A stretch of DNA of 64,000 nt from Psilocybe cubensis. Taxonomy: Eukaryota. The notes under the pieces were generated by a model. That model worked only from the letters and a program-made list of their open reading frames with translations, ran no database searches and was not told where the DNA came from. Made by a program: the position numbers and the translations under genes. Each line of letters begins with the position of its first letter. Position 1 is the first letter of the stretch. The stretch lies in assembly GCA_017499595.2 (NCBI GenBank), contig CM039000.1, positions 1,674,001 through 1,738,000 on the forward strand, written 5' to 3'. Positions 36,001-52,157 of this stretch are shown one piece after another.

Positions 36001-39000
36001 ACAGTTCTATTTCTACCTCGACGCCAGGCGCTGCTCATAAGAAATCCTCTATGCTTAGTTTGGGTCTGCCTTCACTGTTAAAGTCGAGTTCTCGTAGAAG
36101 CTTGCATTCAGATGCCAAGGATGCTGCCAAGGAACAACAAAGAGTAAAGGATGCTGCTCGTGAATCGGAGAAGGAAAGAATTAAGCTTGAAAAGGAACGT
36201 CAAAAAAAGGAAGACAAAGATAGAAGTGAAAGTAGGATATCAGTCATTATGAATAGGAAAAGGGGCAAGGTATGTCTGAAAAATTCATCCCCAGATGAAC
36301 GGGCTATTTACATTCTAAATTTTTAGACTCTATCTTCAGCTGATCCAAGGAAGCCCAAATCACCAGTCAATCTACCTCCGATGCAAATCGCTGCTTTGGA
36401 GCCTGTCACCGCGCAAAGAGTTGCGAAGCTCAAGTCCAATGCCATTCCTGTCTCTTCTACCTCCAGTCGAACCTCTACCTCTTCTTCATCTTCCCGATTA
36501 ACAAATCAAACTGTCAGTTCCATGCAAAAGCAGTCGGACACTTCTCTTCGCAGTCGCAATCAGTTACCGACCATTGCTGGCTCTCCGTCAGTAGGAACGA
36601 CAGGAACCAGCAGTTCTCAAACGCTGAAGGAGGGTCGAGAGCCTCCATCGACTTTAATGAATTCTACATCTGGCCTCCCCAAAGAAACACCCACCAAGAT
36701 CCCTCGCATTTCTAGTCGGACATCCGCAGTGGCCTCCCCGCCTTTGAAGAATTCTACTTCCACTCCGGCGGCCAGGAGGGCAAGCAATCTTGCTGTCGCA
36801 TCCTCGAACAACGCTTCTCCTGTCAGTTTGTCAACGAATGAATTTGGTGTTATCGAGAATGAGGATGGGGCAACACCCAAAGTGCGGCAGAGCACTGTGC
36901 GTGCTTCTCCATCTGCTTCCAACGCCTCGATATCTCGCGTTCCTCGTCAGTCCACTATCAGTGGTTCAATCAATGCACCGCAGTCATCTGCTACCACGCC
37001 GCGCAAGCCTAATAGAGACTCGATGTCTTTCATTGGACTTCGCAAATCTTCGACGAATTCAGTCGCCTCGCTTTCTGGAACAGGTAATGTAAGCGAGACG
37101 TCCACGACCCATCATCGATTTTCTGTTCTTTCCCCTTCAAAGGGACTAAAGCTGTTGGCACCCAAAAGTTCCACCAGGGCATCAACATCAGGGCTTAATC
37201 AAAGCATTCATCAGCCGTCGGCCTCGCCTTCTTCGTCTCGGCAATCTCTTTCAACCCCATCTCCAGCTCCCAGTTCGCCAGATGAAGAGGAACTTATTGG
37301 CGACGAAGAAATGCTACACTACATAAAGCGACAACATGCTAAAAAGTTGGCAGCGGGTGCTAGTCAGGAAGAACTGGACGAAATGCTTAAATTCCCTGAA
37401 CCAGTTCCTCCTGGTACTCCATCTTCACCAGCCAGTAAGTTATCACCGTCTCTTCTATGGGTATGTATCCTAACAATAAATAGGTATTCTGAAAAGTTCG
37501 CAGGCACAATCTCTTTCAGAATTTGAGCGGAAGGAAATTTTGGATTACCCCTCGGTCTATTGCATTGGCGCTAATAGCAGGAAGAAGCTGGCGGTTCTGG
37601 ACAACCCCACCAATAATTATGGCTACGACGATGAACGAGGAGATTACCTCGTTGTAAATCATGACCATCTTGCATACCGTTACGAAATTATAGATACCCT
37701 CGGAAAAGGTTCCTTTGGTCAGGTTTTGCATTGCAGGGACCACTGCACGGGTGAATCAATGGCTGTCAAGATCATTCGGAACAAAAAACGATTCCATCAT
37801 CAAGCATTGGTTGAGATTAAGATTCTTGACAACCTTCGCAAATGGGTTAGTCATTTCATTCACGAATTTTAAACAGACACTCATTTATTTCTTAGGATGC
37901 GGACGAGAAACATCATGTCATCAAGATGACGGAACATTTTTACTTCCGAAATCACCTGTGCATTGCCATGGAATTGCTTAGTATCAATTTGTATGAGTTG
38001 ATCAAGGCAAATGGCTTCGTAGGGTTCACTACTGCTCTTATCCGTCGATTCACAAGTCAGATGTTACTTTCTCTATCTTTAATGCGACATCATCGCATTG
38101 TTCATTGCGATCTTAAACCAGAGGTAATTTCATCTCATCATGTTTCAATGTTTCACTCGACGAATCTTTCTCTAGAACGTCCTCCTTCGTCATCCAGCCA
38201 AGAGTGGGATCAAAGTGATTGATTTTGGGAGTAGTTGTTTCGAGCATGAAAAAAGTAAGTTTACTTATAATTATATTCTCTTTCCAGTATACTCATTCTA
38301 CTGTTAGTATATACATACATCCAAAGTCGCTTCTATCGCTCACCTGAAGTCATCCTTGGAATGAATTATCATATGGCCATCGATATGTGGAGTTTGGGAT
38401 GCATACTAGCTGAGCTCTATACGGGATTTCCTATATTCCCCGGGGAGAACGAGCAGGAGCAATTGGCATGCATCATGGAAGTGCTCGGGGTTCCAGATAA
38501 GGAATTTATTAACCGTAGTTCACGCCGGAAACTTTTTTTCGGTGAGGATCTGATGTTTGACACCTGTTCATAATGCTAACCAACGATAGATACCAATGGA
38601 GCCCCTCGAATTGTCCAAAATTCAAAAGGTCGGAAGCGTAAGCCAGGAACGAAAACATTGGCATCAGTTTTAAGGTGCAATGACGAAGAATTCGTTGATT
38701 TTGTTGCCAAATGCCTCATTTGGGACCCGGAGAGGCGAATGAAACCTCAGACTGCTATGCGCCACCCCTTCATTCTAGCAGGACGGAAACCAAAACCTGT
38801 AACGACTACAACCAGACCTTCTGCGTCTTCCTCTAATTTAAGTACCCGGGGAAAATCCACAGTTACGGAAACCCCAAAGAAGTCTCTCATCAGTGCCCCA
38901 ACCCCTCTTACCGCTCGAACAACCAGAACAACCACTACTAATGGCGGACCAACAACTCCAAGTAATTCTCATTCTCAGGCTGTAGGATCGAGTTCGTTGC

Positions 39001-39158
39001 AGACGTCAAGGTCATATCGTACTTCTCAGTCTCACAGTCTATCTGGCTTCCATTCTAGTCGGACTCTGACTGGTTACGCAGTAAGTTTTCTATGAGAGTT
39101 ATATGTTTCTGTCATACTTACTCGAGGGAACACGTAGTCCAGCTCGACAAACAAGTAA
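33089..39158 (+). CDS. DYRK-family (class 2, Pom1-like) dual-specificity kinase with a very long Ser/Pro-rich N-terminus
   Basis: DH box [56 protein letters not shown] activation loop. Confidence 0.93.
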
Positions 39159-39363
39159 CAGCATGACTGCCTTCCTGGTTCCCCTTTGTTGATTGTTGTA
39201 GTTCTTGTTGCTGTATTTCATTTCCTTCTCCTTCACGCAATCTCGTTTTTCTGCATGGTGTTCAATTTACATATAATTCGCATTACTTATTAAACAACAA
39301 CGTTGTGCAGTGGATATACCTTTCGTTTCAAATATAAAGGGTGCAGTTTAGGTATATATTCCA

Positions 39364-40909
39364 TTAAATGGTGGAATCTCCCGCCTCGTCTAAGCATCTT
39401 AATTTCAGGTATACATCACTCCCTAAGTTTCAAGGATAGTCAACGAACTGATCGAAGCATTAAATAAAGTATAATCCTTACCCCAACCTTCCAATGAGAA
39501 AAAGTCAAGTGAACCTCCAAAGTATCTTGGTGGCGATGTCAGTGTATTATGGGAGGAAAAGGAAAGGTCCTTCACTTAGCGTATAAGCGACTCATAGGCA
39601 AACCATAGCCAAGTCCCGCTATTGTCCCCAATCCCGTTTGTAGGCCTTTCCCTGTGATTTCACCGAAAATGTTTGAATTTGCGTCGTCGTCTTCCCCACC
39701 GATTGAAGCACTTCCACCAATGTGTTGGGCAGCGTATGGTCCACCTCCATCCCCAGACATTGATCCTGAACCTCGTCCAGCCGTAGTAAATGCGTAAGAA
39801 AATATTCGGGCCATATTAGAAGGTAAAACCCCTCCTCCTTGATCACGTATACGCATAGACAAGTACGTCGCTCCTTTTGTACTGTTCGCAGTTGGTGGGG
39901 ATATTGTTATGGTGACAGGAGGATAAGTTATCAAAGATGCACTCTGGTTGTGAAGCTTGGCCTGATGTTCAACAGTTGCTCGAAACGAATTTTTTAGGAT
40001 TTCGGTCAGCATGTATTCGAGATGTACAGGAACATAACTACAGACAGGTACCGTTAACATACTCCAAGCTAATGAAGAACTGAACTCACGGAAATGTGGC
40101 ATCTGTATAACCATCTATCATAATTGCAGGACTTCCCCCGAGTGTGGCCTCACATAATTCAGTGACATACGAGCCACACATGTTTATCATGGATTTGGGG
40201 GAGCATCTCATGTCTACAACACCCACATAAGCGGTAGGGTCGCTTGGAAAATCTAATGACTGCGACACCGCAATGTGCTGCTCGGCAATTAGACGGATAG
40301 ATATTCTGTTACGAATGGCGCCGTCCAAAAAGTCGCTTATTTGAGTTGGCGACATGTATCGAGAGCATTCTTGGAACCTAAGCAAACAAAAATGAGCAGT
40401 ACTTGTAAACAACGGGCAAAGTGAGTTTACCCTTTCGCCATGGTGGGTATATCATTGGCATGTCGCTGAACCAGAGCTGCTAACTGCTCTACAAACTCAC
40501 CATTTTCTCGAAGATTTGTCACTGGAGGGTGGGTTGCCAACCATTGAAAACCTTCCTTAAACGCGTTCAATGTCTTTGTGACGTAAGGGTTCGTGCCTAC
40601 AATAAAGGGAAGCGCCTCCAAAGCGCGAATCCGTGTAGCGAGCCTTCTAGGCAATTCCGCCAACGCGTATGACCCAGATGACAAGACAGACTCTGGGGTA
40701 GTCGGATGTCCGTAGGATAGTAGTTGAGCTAAGTTCAGTGGTCGCGGTGGTGTGGATTCATATCTTGCCAACAATTCCCTCATTTCTGCAGAGGATGGCG
40801 CTGGTGCTCGGCGATGATAGTTTCGACTGTATGATAGGCACTGATTGATACTTCCACGACATTTTATGGACCATGAAGAATGTTTTCGAGCACATAACGA
40901 TAAAGTCAT
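39364..40909 (-). CDS. Mitochondrial alpha-ketoacid dehydrogenase kinase (BCKDK/PDK family)
   Basis: ELPRRLATRI..LPFIVGTNP, RISIRLIAEQH, EILKNSFRAT (N box), IRDQGGG (G1 box), AGLGYGLPMSRLYA/YFGG (G2 box). Confidence 0.9.
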
Positions 40910-41207
40910 GGTATAATATCCAATGAACTGCGTTTTTTGTCCAGGAAAGCAATCTGTTGATAGGCGCTAGTGTAGTGGATGGTGGTAGGTTTACACACAA
41001 GCCATTCATCGTAATTTGTGGACAACCGTATTTAACAACGCGGATCATTCATCCGGACGGTGCAAGTAATTGGTTATGGATTAGGTAATTCATTAGATAT
41101 GTGTTGAGACTTCATCGGGAGGTCGTGCGGAGATACGTATGCTAACTTAGATGCAAGAGAATTATATTACAGAATGGACGAAAAAATATACATGAAGAAA
41201 ACTGCCC

Positions 41208-43148
<1,941 letters not shown>

Positions 43149-43372
43149 AGTGTGCTGTATTCAAGTTATGGACGTGGAGGGAGGGGATTGTAGGAAACAA
43201 AGTAAGTAGATCTCAGAAAGTGACGAATACCCCCTCTGAATGAATACGCGTCCTCCACGTGATGTTGTCGGGCATTGCCGAATAGCCGATAAGGGTGATT
43301 TTGGCTGAGTGTCATAGTGCAGCCCGTGCTCAACTGCGCCATTGCTCTTACCACCACTTCTTACATCAGATC

Positions 43373-45759
43373 ATGGCTGGTGCACTTCAAAACGCGAAGA
43401 AAGATCTCCCGAAAATTAAAGATGAGGAAAGGGAGAGCAGGTTCGGACAGGTCTTTGGTGTATCAGGACCTGTCGTCATTGCGGAAAACATGATCGGCGC
43501 TGCTATGTATGAGCTTGTTCGTGTCGGCCACGATGAGCTTGTTGGAGGTTGATCAACTTTATTACGAATATAAAGGCCGTATTAACTGGTTCCTTCAGAG
43601 GTTATCAGGATCGAAGCAGATAAAGCAACCATCCAGGTTTACGAAGAGACATCTGGGGTCACTGTTGGTGATCCAGTACTGCGGACGGGCAAGCCCTTGA
43701 GTGTGGAACTTGGTCCAGGCAAGTATCGTACATTTTCACTTTATGTATAAGCTTACATGAATGAAAGGTCTTATGGGAAACATTGTTGACGGTATTCAGC
43801 GACCGTTACGCGTTTGTAATTTGTTCGCCATTTTTTGCTCCTATCCTGACGCTTTACACAGAGCATCCAAGAACTATCCCAATCCATTTATATTCCTCGC
43901 GGAATAAATACAGATGCACTTGACCGAAGCATTCAATGGGATTTTACACCCACCACCTTCAAGGTGTGTTCTTCTCCAACTTACCGCGACGTGGCTGTTC
44001 ATGGTGTTAATGATTGTTAGGTGGGCGACCACATCACAGGAGGTGATATCTTTGGTCGCGTTTATGAGAATTCTCTGGTGGACAACCATAAAATTATGCT
44101 ATCCCCCAGGGCGCTTGGAACAATCACCAGCATCGCGCCTAAAGGCAGTTATGCCGTGGATGTAAGTATTTTGTTGTGTGTTTCACTAAAAAGAGTATTA
44201 ATTTTTTTGCAGGACATAGTCTTGGAGACAGAATTCAACGGAAAAATCACAAAGCATACAATGATGCAGCTTTGGCCTGTGCGAGCACCCCGACCAGTAA
44301 CCGAGAAACAGACTGCCGACTATCCCCTCTTAACTGGTCAACGTATTCTAGACGCTCTATTCCCGTGAGTCGCAAATATATTAGTTGTCCAATCGTTGAC
44401 TAAAAACCTGATAGGTGTGTCCAAGGAGGGACAACCGCAATTCCAGGTGCTTTCGGTTGTGGAAAAACCGTCATTTCACAAGCTCTATCAAAGTTCTCCA
44501 ACAGTGATATTATCGTCTACGTTGGTTGCGGAGAACGAGGAAACGAGGTACTTTTTATCTTCCGTTGAAATTCTGCCTTCAAATTAACTTGGTCATATTC
44601 AAGATGGCAGAGGTCTTGATGGAGGTAAGATTGGTTCCTCTCGCCTTTCTTCAAAACCCCGATCCTTAACGGATGACCATAGTTCCCTGAATTGACTATG
44701 GATGTCGGAGACCGTCAAGAACCTATCATGAAGCGTACGACACTGGTGGCTAATACCTCCAATATGCCTGTAGCCGCTCGTGAGGCCTCTATATATACTG
44801 GAATTACCCTTTCGGAATACTTCCGTGATCAAGGCTCAAATGTTGCCATGATGGCCGATTCCACTTCTCGATGGGCAGAAGCTCTGCGTGAAATTTCTGG
44901 ACGTTTGGCAGAGATGCCCGCTGATTCTGGGTATCCTGCTTATCTTAGCACAAAATTGGCGAGCTTCTACGAACGTGCGGGCAAGGTTATCTGTTTGGGT
45001 AATCCGTCTCGTCAAGGAACAGTCTCAATTGTTGGAGCGTTAGTCTTTTGGTCAATTTCTCGCCTTTACATGCTCATATCATTTGGTCCAGTGTATCTCC
45101 TCCTGGAGGTGATTTCTCTGATCCTGTTACCGCTGCTACCTTGGGCATTGTTCAGGTCTTCTGGGGTCTCGACAAGAAATTGGCGCAGCGCAAGCATTTC
45201 CCGTCAGTCAATTGGTCTTTATCTTACTCCAAGTACACCAAAGTTTTGGAGTCGTACTATGAAGCAAACGAACCTGGCTTTGTTGAGCTACGCACCAAGA
45301 CAAAAGAAATCCTTCAGAAAGAAGAGGATCTTGCCGAAATCGTGCAACTCGTTGGGAAGAGCGCTCTGGGTGAAGGCGACAAAATCACTCTAGAAGTTGC
45401 ACGCATGCTCAAAGATGACTTCTTGCAACAAAATGGTATCAGCGAGTACGATCGATTCTGCCCATTCTACAAGACCAGTGCGATGTTAAGAAACTTCGTC
45501 GGATTCCATGATGCTGCCGTAAGAGCCGTTGCACAGAATGACCTCACTTTCGCCAAAATCAAGGATTCGGCGAGCGATATCATGTTCAAGTTGTCTCAGA
45601 TGAAGTTCGAGGTATGTTTTTTTTACAACGAGTACAACTATCTTCTAAGAAGCACGTTCGTATTTGTAGTCACCTTCTCAAGGCAAAGAACCCATAAAGC
45701 AGAAACTGGATGCTCTTTATGGTGAAATTCAAGACAAATTCCGACAGTTGGCAGAATAG
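43373..45759 (+). CDS. VMA1: V-ATPase catalytic subunit A (no intein)
   Basis: [20 protein letters not shown] Walker [44 protein letters not shown]. Confidence 0.97.
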
Positions 45760-46035
45760 ATCTCCTCTTTCACATGATTCCACACGGATATCTGGAACTC
45801 GTACATATGGACTACTGGTCTTCCATCCAGCAGCAGTACACTCGTTATCATTACGAACTACCTTTATTTATAGAACTCACAGTGTAATCAATTAAAGTTA
45901 CCCATTTTTGGCGGTAATGCGGTCCGAAAATCGATAACGTCATATCATCGGACTTTCTGGTCGTCCCTATTTGATTTCCCTAAATCCATAAATACCACAG
46001 AATTTTCGAAAAATAATAGTGTGTAGCCTTCTGCC

Positions 46036-47449
<1,414 letters not shown>

Positions 47450-47481
47450 GACTCGAGGAAAGCATGTAAATAATGAAACGA

Positions 47482-49372
47482 TCATTTCCCGTCAATCTGA
47501 AGCCACATTAACCAGTGTTTCTTTTCTTCTTCAGTCCCTTCAAAGACCCAGTTGACTTTTTTGATCTCAGAGAAACCTTCAGCCAATGTAGGCTCTTCGA
47601 GGTTATCGCGAAACCCAGAAAACGCGATGTAAGGCAACAAAGCACGCTCGGGCTGACGAGACATATTTTTAGAAACTGGCTGCAGAAGAGGAAAAATAAC
47701 TTACTTCCTTTGCTGCAGCAGAAGGAGGCATGTTAAAGGCTCTGTAAAGGTTATTGTGCCACGCTAGTTCTATTGATCCGGTGAAGTAGAAACATCTGAG
47801 CATGATGTGTTAGAAATAATAAATAACACAGAGGTTGGTAGTACCTGGCCTTGATATTATTGGCTTTACAAATGTCAAGATAGGTTTTCCGTGTAGGAGA
47901 ATTTCGATTGGTGTTGTCTATTACATGAAACGTTAGTCGACATGGCCTGTTGAAGAGGTAAAATGCAAATGCACCGATGACACAACTCTTTCCTTCCTTG
48001 ATGGCTTCCTGAAGAACCTTTGCACATTTCTGACTGGTTTTGAGGGTATCTTGGTTGATATGCACGTAGCCTTCAGGCTGAAAATATCGGCGGTAAAAAG
48101 TTGACTTTCCTAAACATGGATATCCTACGAACAGGACTGCCTCCTGTTGACGCGGGGTGGGTATTATAGGGGACGAAGTCGGTGTTACGAGAGGCACTGT
48201 GGTTTAGATATGAATATAATTGCAAGTAAGCGAGGGATGCCACTAACAGTTGGGTAAAGATGATGCTCGGAAGCCAGGCATAGTATAATTATCATGGGGT
48301 GGCAATTTGAGGAAGTATTCCTGGGTGAAGTAGTATTAGGTGCACAGTTGATCTAAATTGGATTGACGAACACACCTCGGGCGTAAAGAATGGCAGTTCG
48401 ATATTTTCTGCCCATTTGCGGTCTGTACTCGAGAAATCGCCTTTCGCTTTAACGTACTGGCGACCAGCAGCATCTCCAACAAAAAAGGATGCGGATTTAT
48501 CTTTGCAGTGTATGTCAATACACGCGCTTCCTGAAAGCATGATGATTTGAAAGCGTACCGATTTCCACGCCTTCTTCCTTGAATATCCTTTCTATCTCCC
48601 GCCACATTCCAGGCATGGGTTTCCGGTATTGATCCTTCTGCGAAGCTGCCAATATTCGAAACGGGATATCGCTCAACTAGAGTCTATCAGAATGGCAAGC
48701 GTCTCCATGATTGAGTAACGAACGTACAGCTTGTCCGATTAGAGGTATCTTTTCCTTCCACGTATTCAACGCTACAGGCTTAAGCGCCTGATTGGAAATA
48801 AAAACGATGGCGAAGCTGTTGCGCAGGTCAACAAGACAATGCGAGTGGCACATATAGCAAGCTTACCCGGATTCATACAGCTCTTTCAATTTATCCGGCA
48901 CAATCGACCTCCACCAGCTCCACGACGGAGGTTTCCCAGCAGCCGCACTCTTCGTCGCAAACTCGGACTTGATAACCGTGCCGTCCAAATCGAGCGCCGC
49001 GACTTTGGCAGACGCCGTTGGGTGCAGATTGATGCCGTGCAAGCATGAGCCTGTCGGGCCCAAAGGCTTTAACCACTGAAAAGACCCTTCCGGCTTCTTT
49101 TCGGTTCGTTTGGAGAAGAATGGGTGGACTGGAAAAAGACACGGTTCATTTCATTCGGTCGTTCGGATTAAAGAAAGTAAGAAAGGTTGTTTTTTACTTT
49201 TAGGCGCCTTTGGTGCGACGGCTGAGTCTGATTGTTCTTCGGAGCTTTTTCGCTTTTTTGAGGTACCTTGACAAAGTTTGATAGAGTTATGAGGAGAGAC
49301 GATTATGTTGAACGTACCTGCTTCAAGAGCCGAGCTGGATGGTTGGGGATCGCTGGGTGCGGACGATTGCAT
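47482..49372 (-). CDS. Polynucleotide kinase 3'-phosphatase (PNKP/Pnk1); start approximate
   Basis: HAD motif AALDLDGTVI, FISNQ, RKPMPGMW, FFVGDAAGR..DFSSTDRKWA; kinase P-loop VGYPCLGKST, HINQDTL, DNTN, EPTLAEGF. Confidence 0.92.
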
Positions 49373-49673
49373 AGCCACGGAGGTACTAAAACGGATTCGT
49401 AAAAGTGAGATAGCAAGAGACGTGCGTCTCGCACAGAGTAAAGGGAACAGTTTGGTCAGAGTGCCAGTCCGGCGCGTCGTCGTCAAAGTTCAAGAGAGCT
49501 TAAATTGACGCGTTGCACGCAAGTACGTAAAGTCACATGACGTTGATTCACGGTGGATGATGAACGTAACGCTGGTTGTTGTAAGGAATTTGGATTGGAC
49601 CAACTTGCTAGTTGCTAGGTACTTGAACGCTACGACATCTACTGTACCAACCTGTTTGCTTCATCAACCTTCT

Positions 49674-52093
49674 ATGGCACCAGCAAAGCGCCGCGCATCA
49701 AATCGCAACTCACTCAAGCCAGCCGTGGGGACAGCAGCAGAACCCAACTCTCCCTCAACAACAACACCCATCCGCACCCCAGAAGCGACACCATCCAACG
49801 GCACGTTGAACGGTGACGGTGCGCCGTCGATTTATCAGGGGAAGGAGAAGGAGCCCGCGAACGAGGACGAGTCGGACCAGCGGTGTCCCGCATGCACGGA
49901 GGAGACGCTGGGTCTGATCAACGGCTCGCGCAGGGAGAACTGGATCGAGTGCGATAATTGCAACACCTGGTACCACTGGCGCTGTGCCGGGAACGGTGAG
50001 GACGTCAACAACATCGCGAAATGGTGAGCACCCTATGATAATGCTACGTTTCGGGATTTGGAATTTTGCCAGTTAAAAAGTTAAAAATGACATCACAAAA
50101 CCAATTTTTTTACTCGGAAAATTTATCTTTTTGTTTTTTTTCTTTCTGAATACTCATGTTTTTCCGAGCGAAATGCCGGGGTTGTTTCAAAAATTGCAAA
50201 AAAAATGATTTCTGGCTGAATTGAACCGCTCATTTCTCCCGTTGCCAGGTATTGCGAAGCATGCACCAAGGCAGATCCATCTCGCATCATGACACTCAAA
50301 CCACCCGCCCGCAAGTCCTCCCGCAAACGCACGCAGCGCGATTACGCCTCTCTCGATTCCGGCATGGGCTCCGATCCTAATCGCTTCTTCCGCATGCTCG
50401 AGACAAAGGACATCAAGCCTGACCCGTTCAGGCGGATGAAAGGCAGCGAGCTCGATACTTGGTTGGAAGAAGACGACAGCGCTATGCGCGAGCCTATCGT
50501 CATCGAGCAGCCAGATGGACTCGGCATGAAAATGCCACCTCGCGACCTCACTGTGGAGCATGTAGCAGAGTATATTGGCGAGGATGTGCCGTTGGAGGTC
50601 ATGGGTGAGTCATTCATTTTTTTGCCCTTTGTTCTTTCATGATTAACATTGGAAATCAGATGTGGCCTCGCAATCAACAGCACCTGGCTGGAACTTGGGC
50701 AAATGGGCAGATTATGTCGAGTTGGAACCCTCGAAACGCGAAAAAGTGTTGAACGTTATTTCATTAGAGATTTCTGGCACCGAGCTTGCAGATATGGTTC
50801 TCCCTCCCAAAATAGTAAGAGACTTGGATTGGGTGGAGAACTTTTGGCCAAGCACGAGGAAGGGAAAGAATAACGCGTATCCCAAAGTGCAATTGTACTG
50901 TTTAATGGGAGTGGCAGGTGCCTGGACGGTATGTTTTACGGTTGTGGCATTGAACTGAAACTTATCCATGTTCAGGACTGGCATATTGATTTTGCGGGGT
51001 CATCTGTATATTATCATATTCTTCATGGATCAAAAGTTAGTGAACAAGTTTTGAGTGTGTGGACATGGTATTCATGATGCATAGGTATTTTACTTTATAC
51101 GACCAACGGCAGCTAATTTGGCTGCGTATGAAAAGTGGTCTGGGAGCGAGTTGCAGTACCAGACATGGTTGGGGGATATGGTGGACGAGGTGTACAAGGT
51201 TGAGCTGGTAGAGGGAAACACGATGATTATCCCGTCTGGATGGATTCATGCAGTAGTGAGTGTCATGAACAGCAAGAATGAAAAGTTTTACTGATGGGAT
51301 GCAGCACACGCCTGTTGACACACTTGTGTTTGGAGGCAACTTTTTGCATTCGTATGATGTAGCAACGCGTAAGTTGAAATGACATTCAGAGAAAAGACAT
51401 ATTGACAGGTGATGCAGAGCTGCGTGTGCGGGAGATTGAGATGGCGACACAGGTGCCGAAAAAGTTTACGTTCCCAATGTTTACCAAGTAAGTTTTTTCA
51501 CGATCAGGGGTGTGAGTCACTGATAGACTGGCGGCAGACTGTGCTGGTACGTAGGGGACAAGTACCTGCGGGATCTCAAGTCTGCCTCAGGGGCGTCGTA
51601 TCCGCCACGGGTGCTTGATGGGATGCTGAGGCTGGCAGAGTTTCTGGTGTCAGAGGCACGAGTGCTTGAGACGGGGAGCGACGCTGCAAAGAAAGAGGCG
51701 AAAGAGAGCATACCAGCAGACCGAGTGAAGGACGGACCAGCTGTTGCGCGGGAGCTGCGATGGCGGGTGAAGCAGGCGATGGGGTACGCGAGCGACGAGG
51801 AAGGGAGCAAGACGAAGCGACAGCGGGTGGGATCTGGACACTTTCGACATTTCCGACCCAAGATATGGGATCTGAACGCGAGCTACGAGGATGGGGAGAC
51901 GGAGGAGGTTGTGGCGGCCAAGAGACCGGAGAGCGGGACAGGACTGGAGGAGAGCTGGCTAGGGGGAGTTGTAGCAGGAGAGGACAAGGCAGTTGTGCGT
52001 CGGCGGGTGGAGAGAGTGAGCAAGGTGCGACGGACAGGGACAGGGCTGGAGCGGCATGTAATAGAGAGACGCATAGAAGAGTGGAGTTGGTAG
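49674..52093 (+). CDS. JHD1: PHD + JmjC histone demethylase (Jhd1/KDM2-like)
   Basis: [22 protein letters not shown]../WYCEAC; Jmj[31 protein letters not shown] (HxD), [25 protein letters not shown]. Confidence 0.92.
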
Positions 52094-52157
52094 GCTAGTA
52101 GACTAATAGAGTAATTGTCACATGGATCACATATTCACACTTCTCACTCTGACTTCC

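Noticed and set aside
44500-44550. Possible VDE-type intein in VMA1
   Set aside because: The yeast insertion site reads continuously [11 protein letters not shown], so there is no intein.
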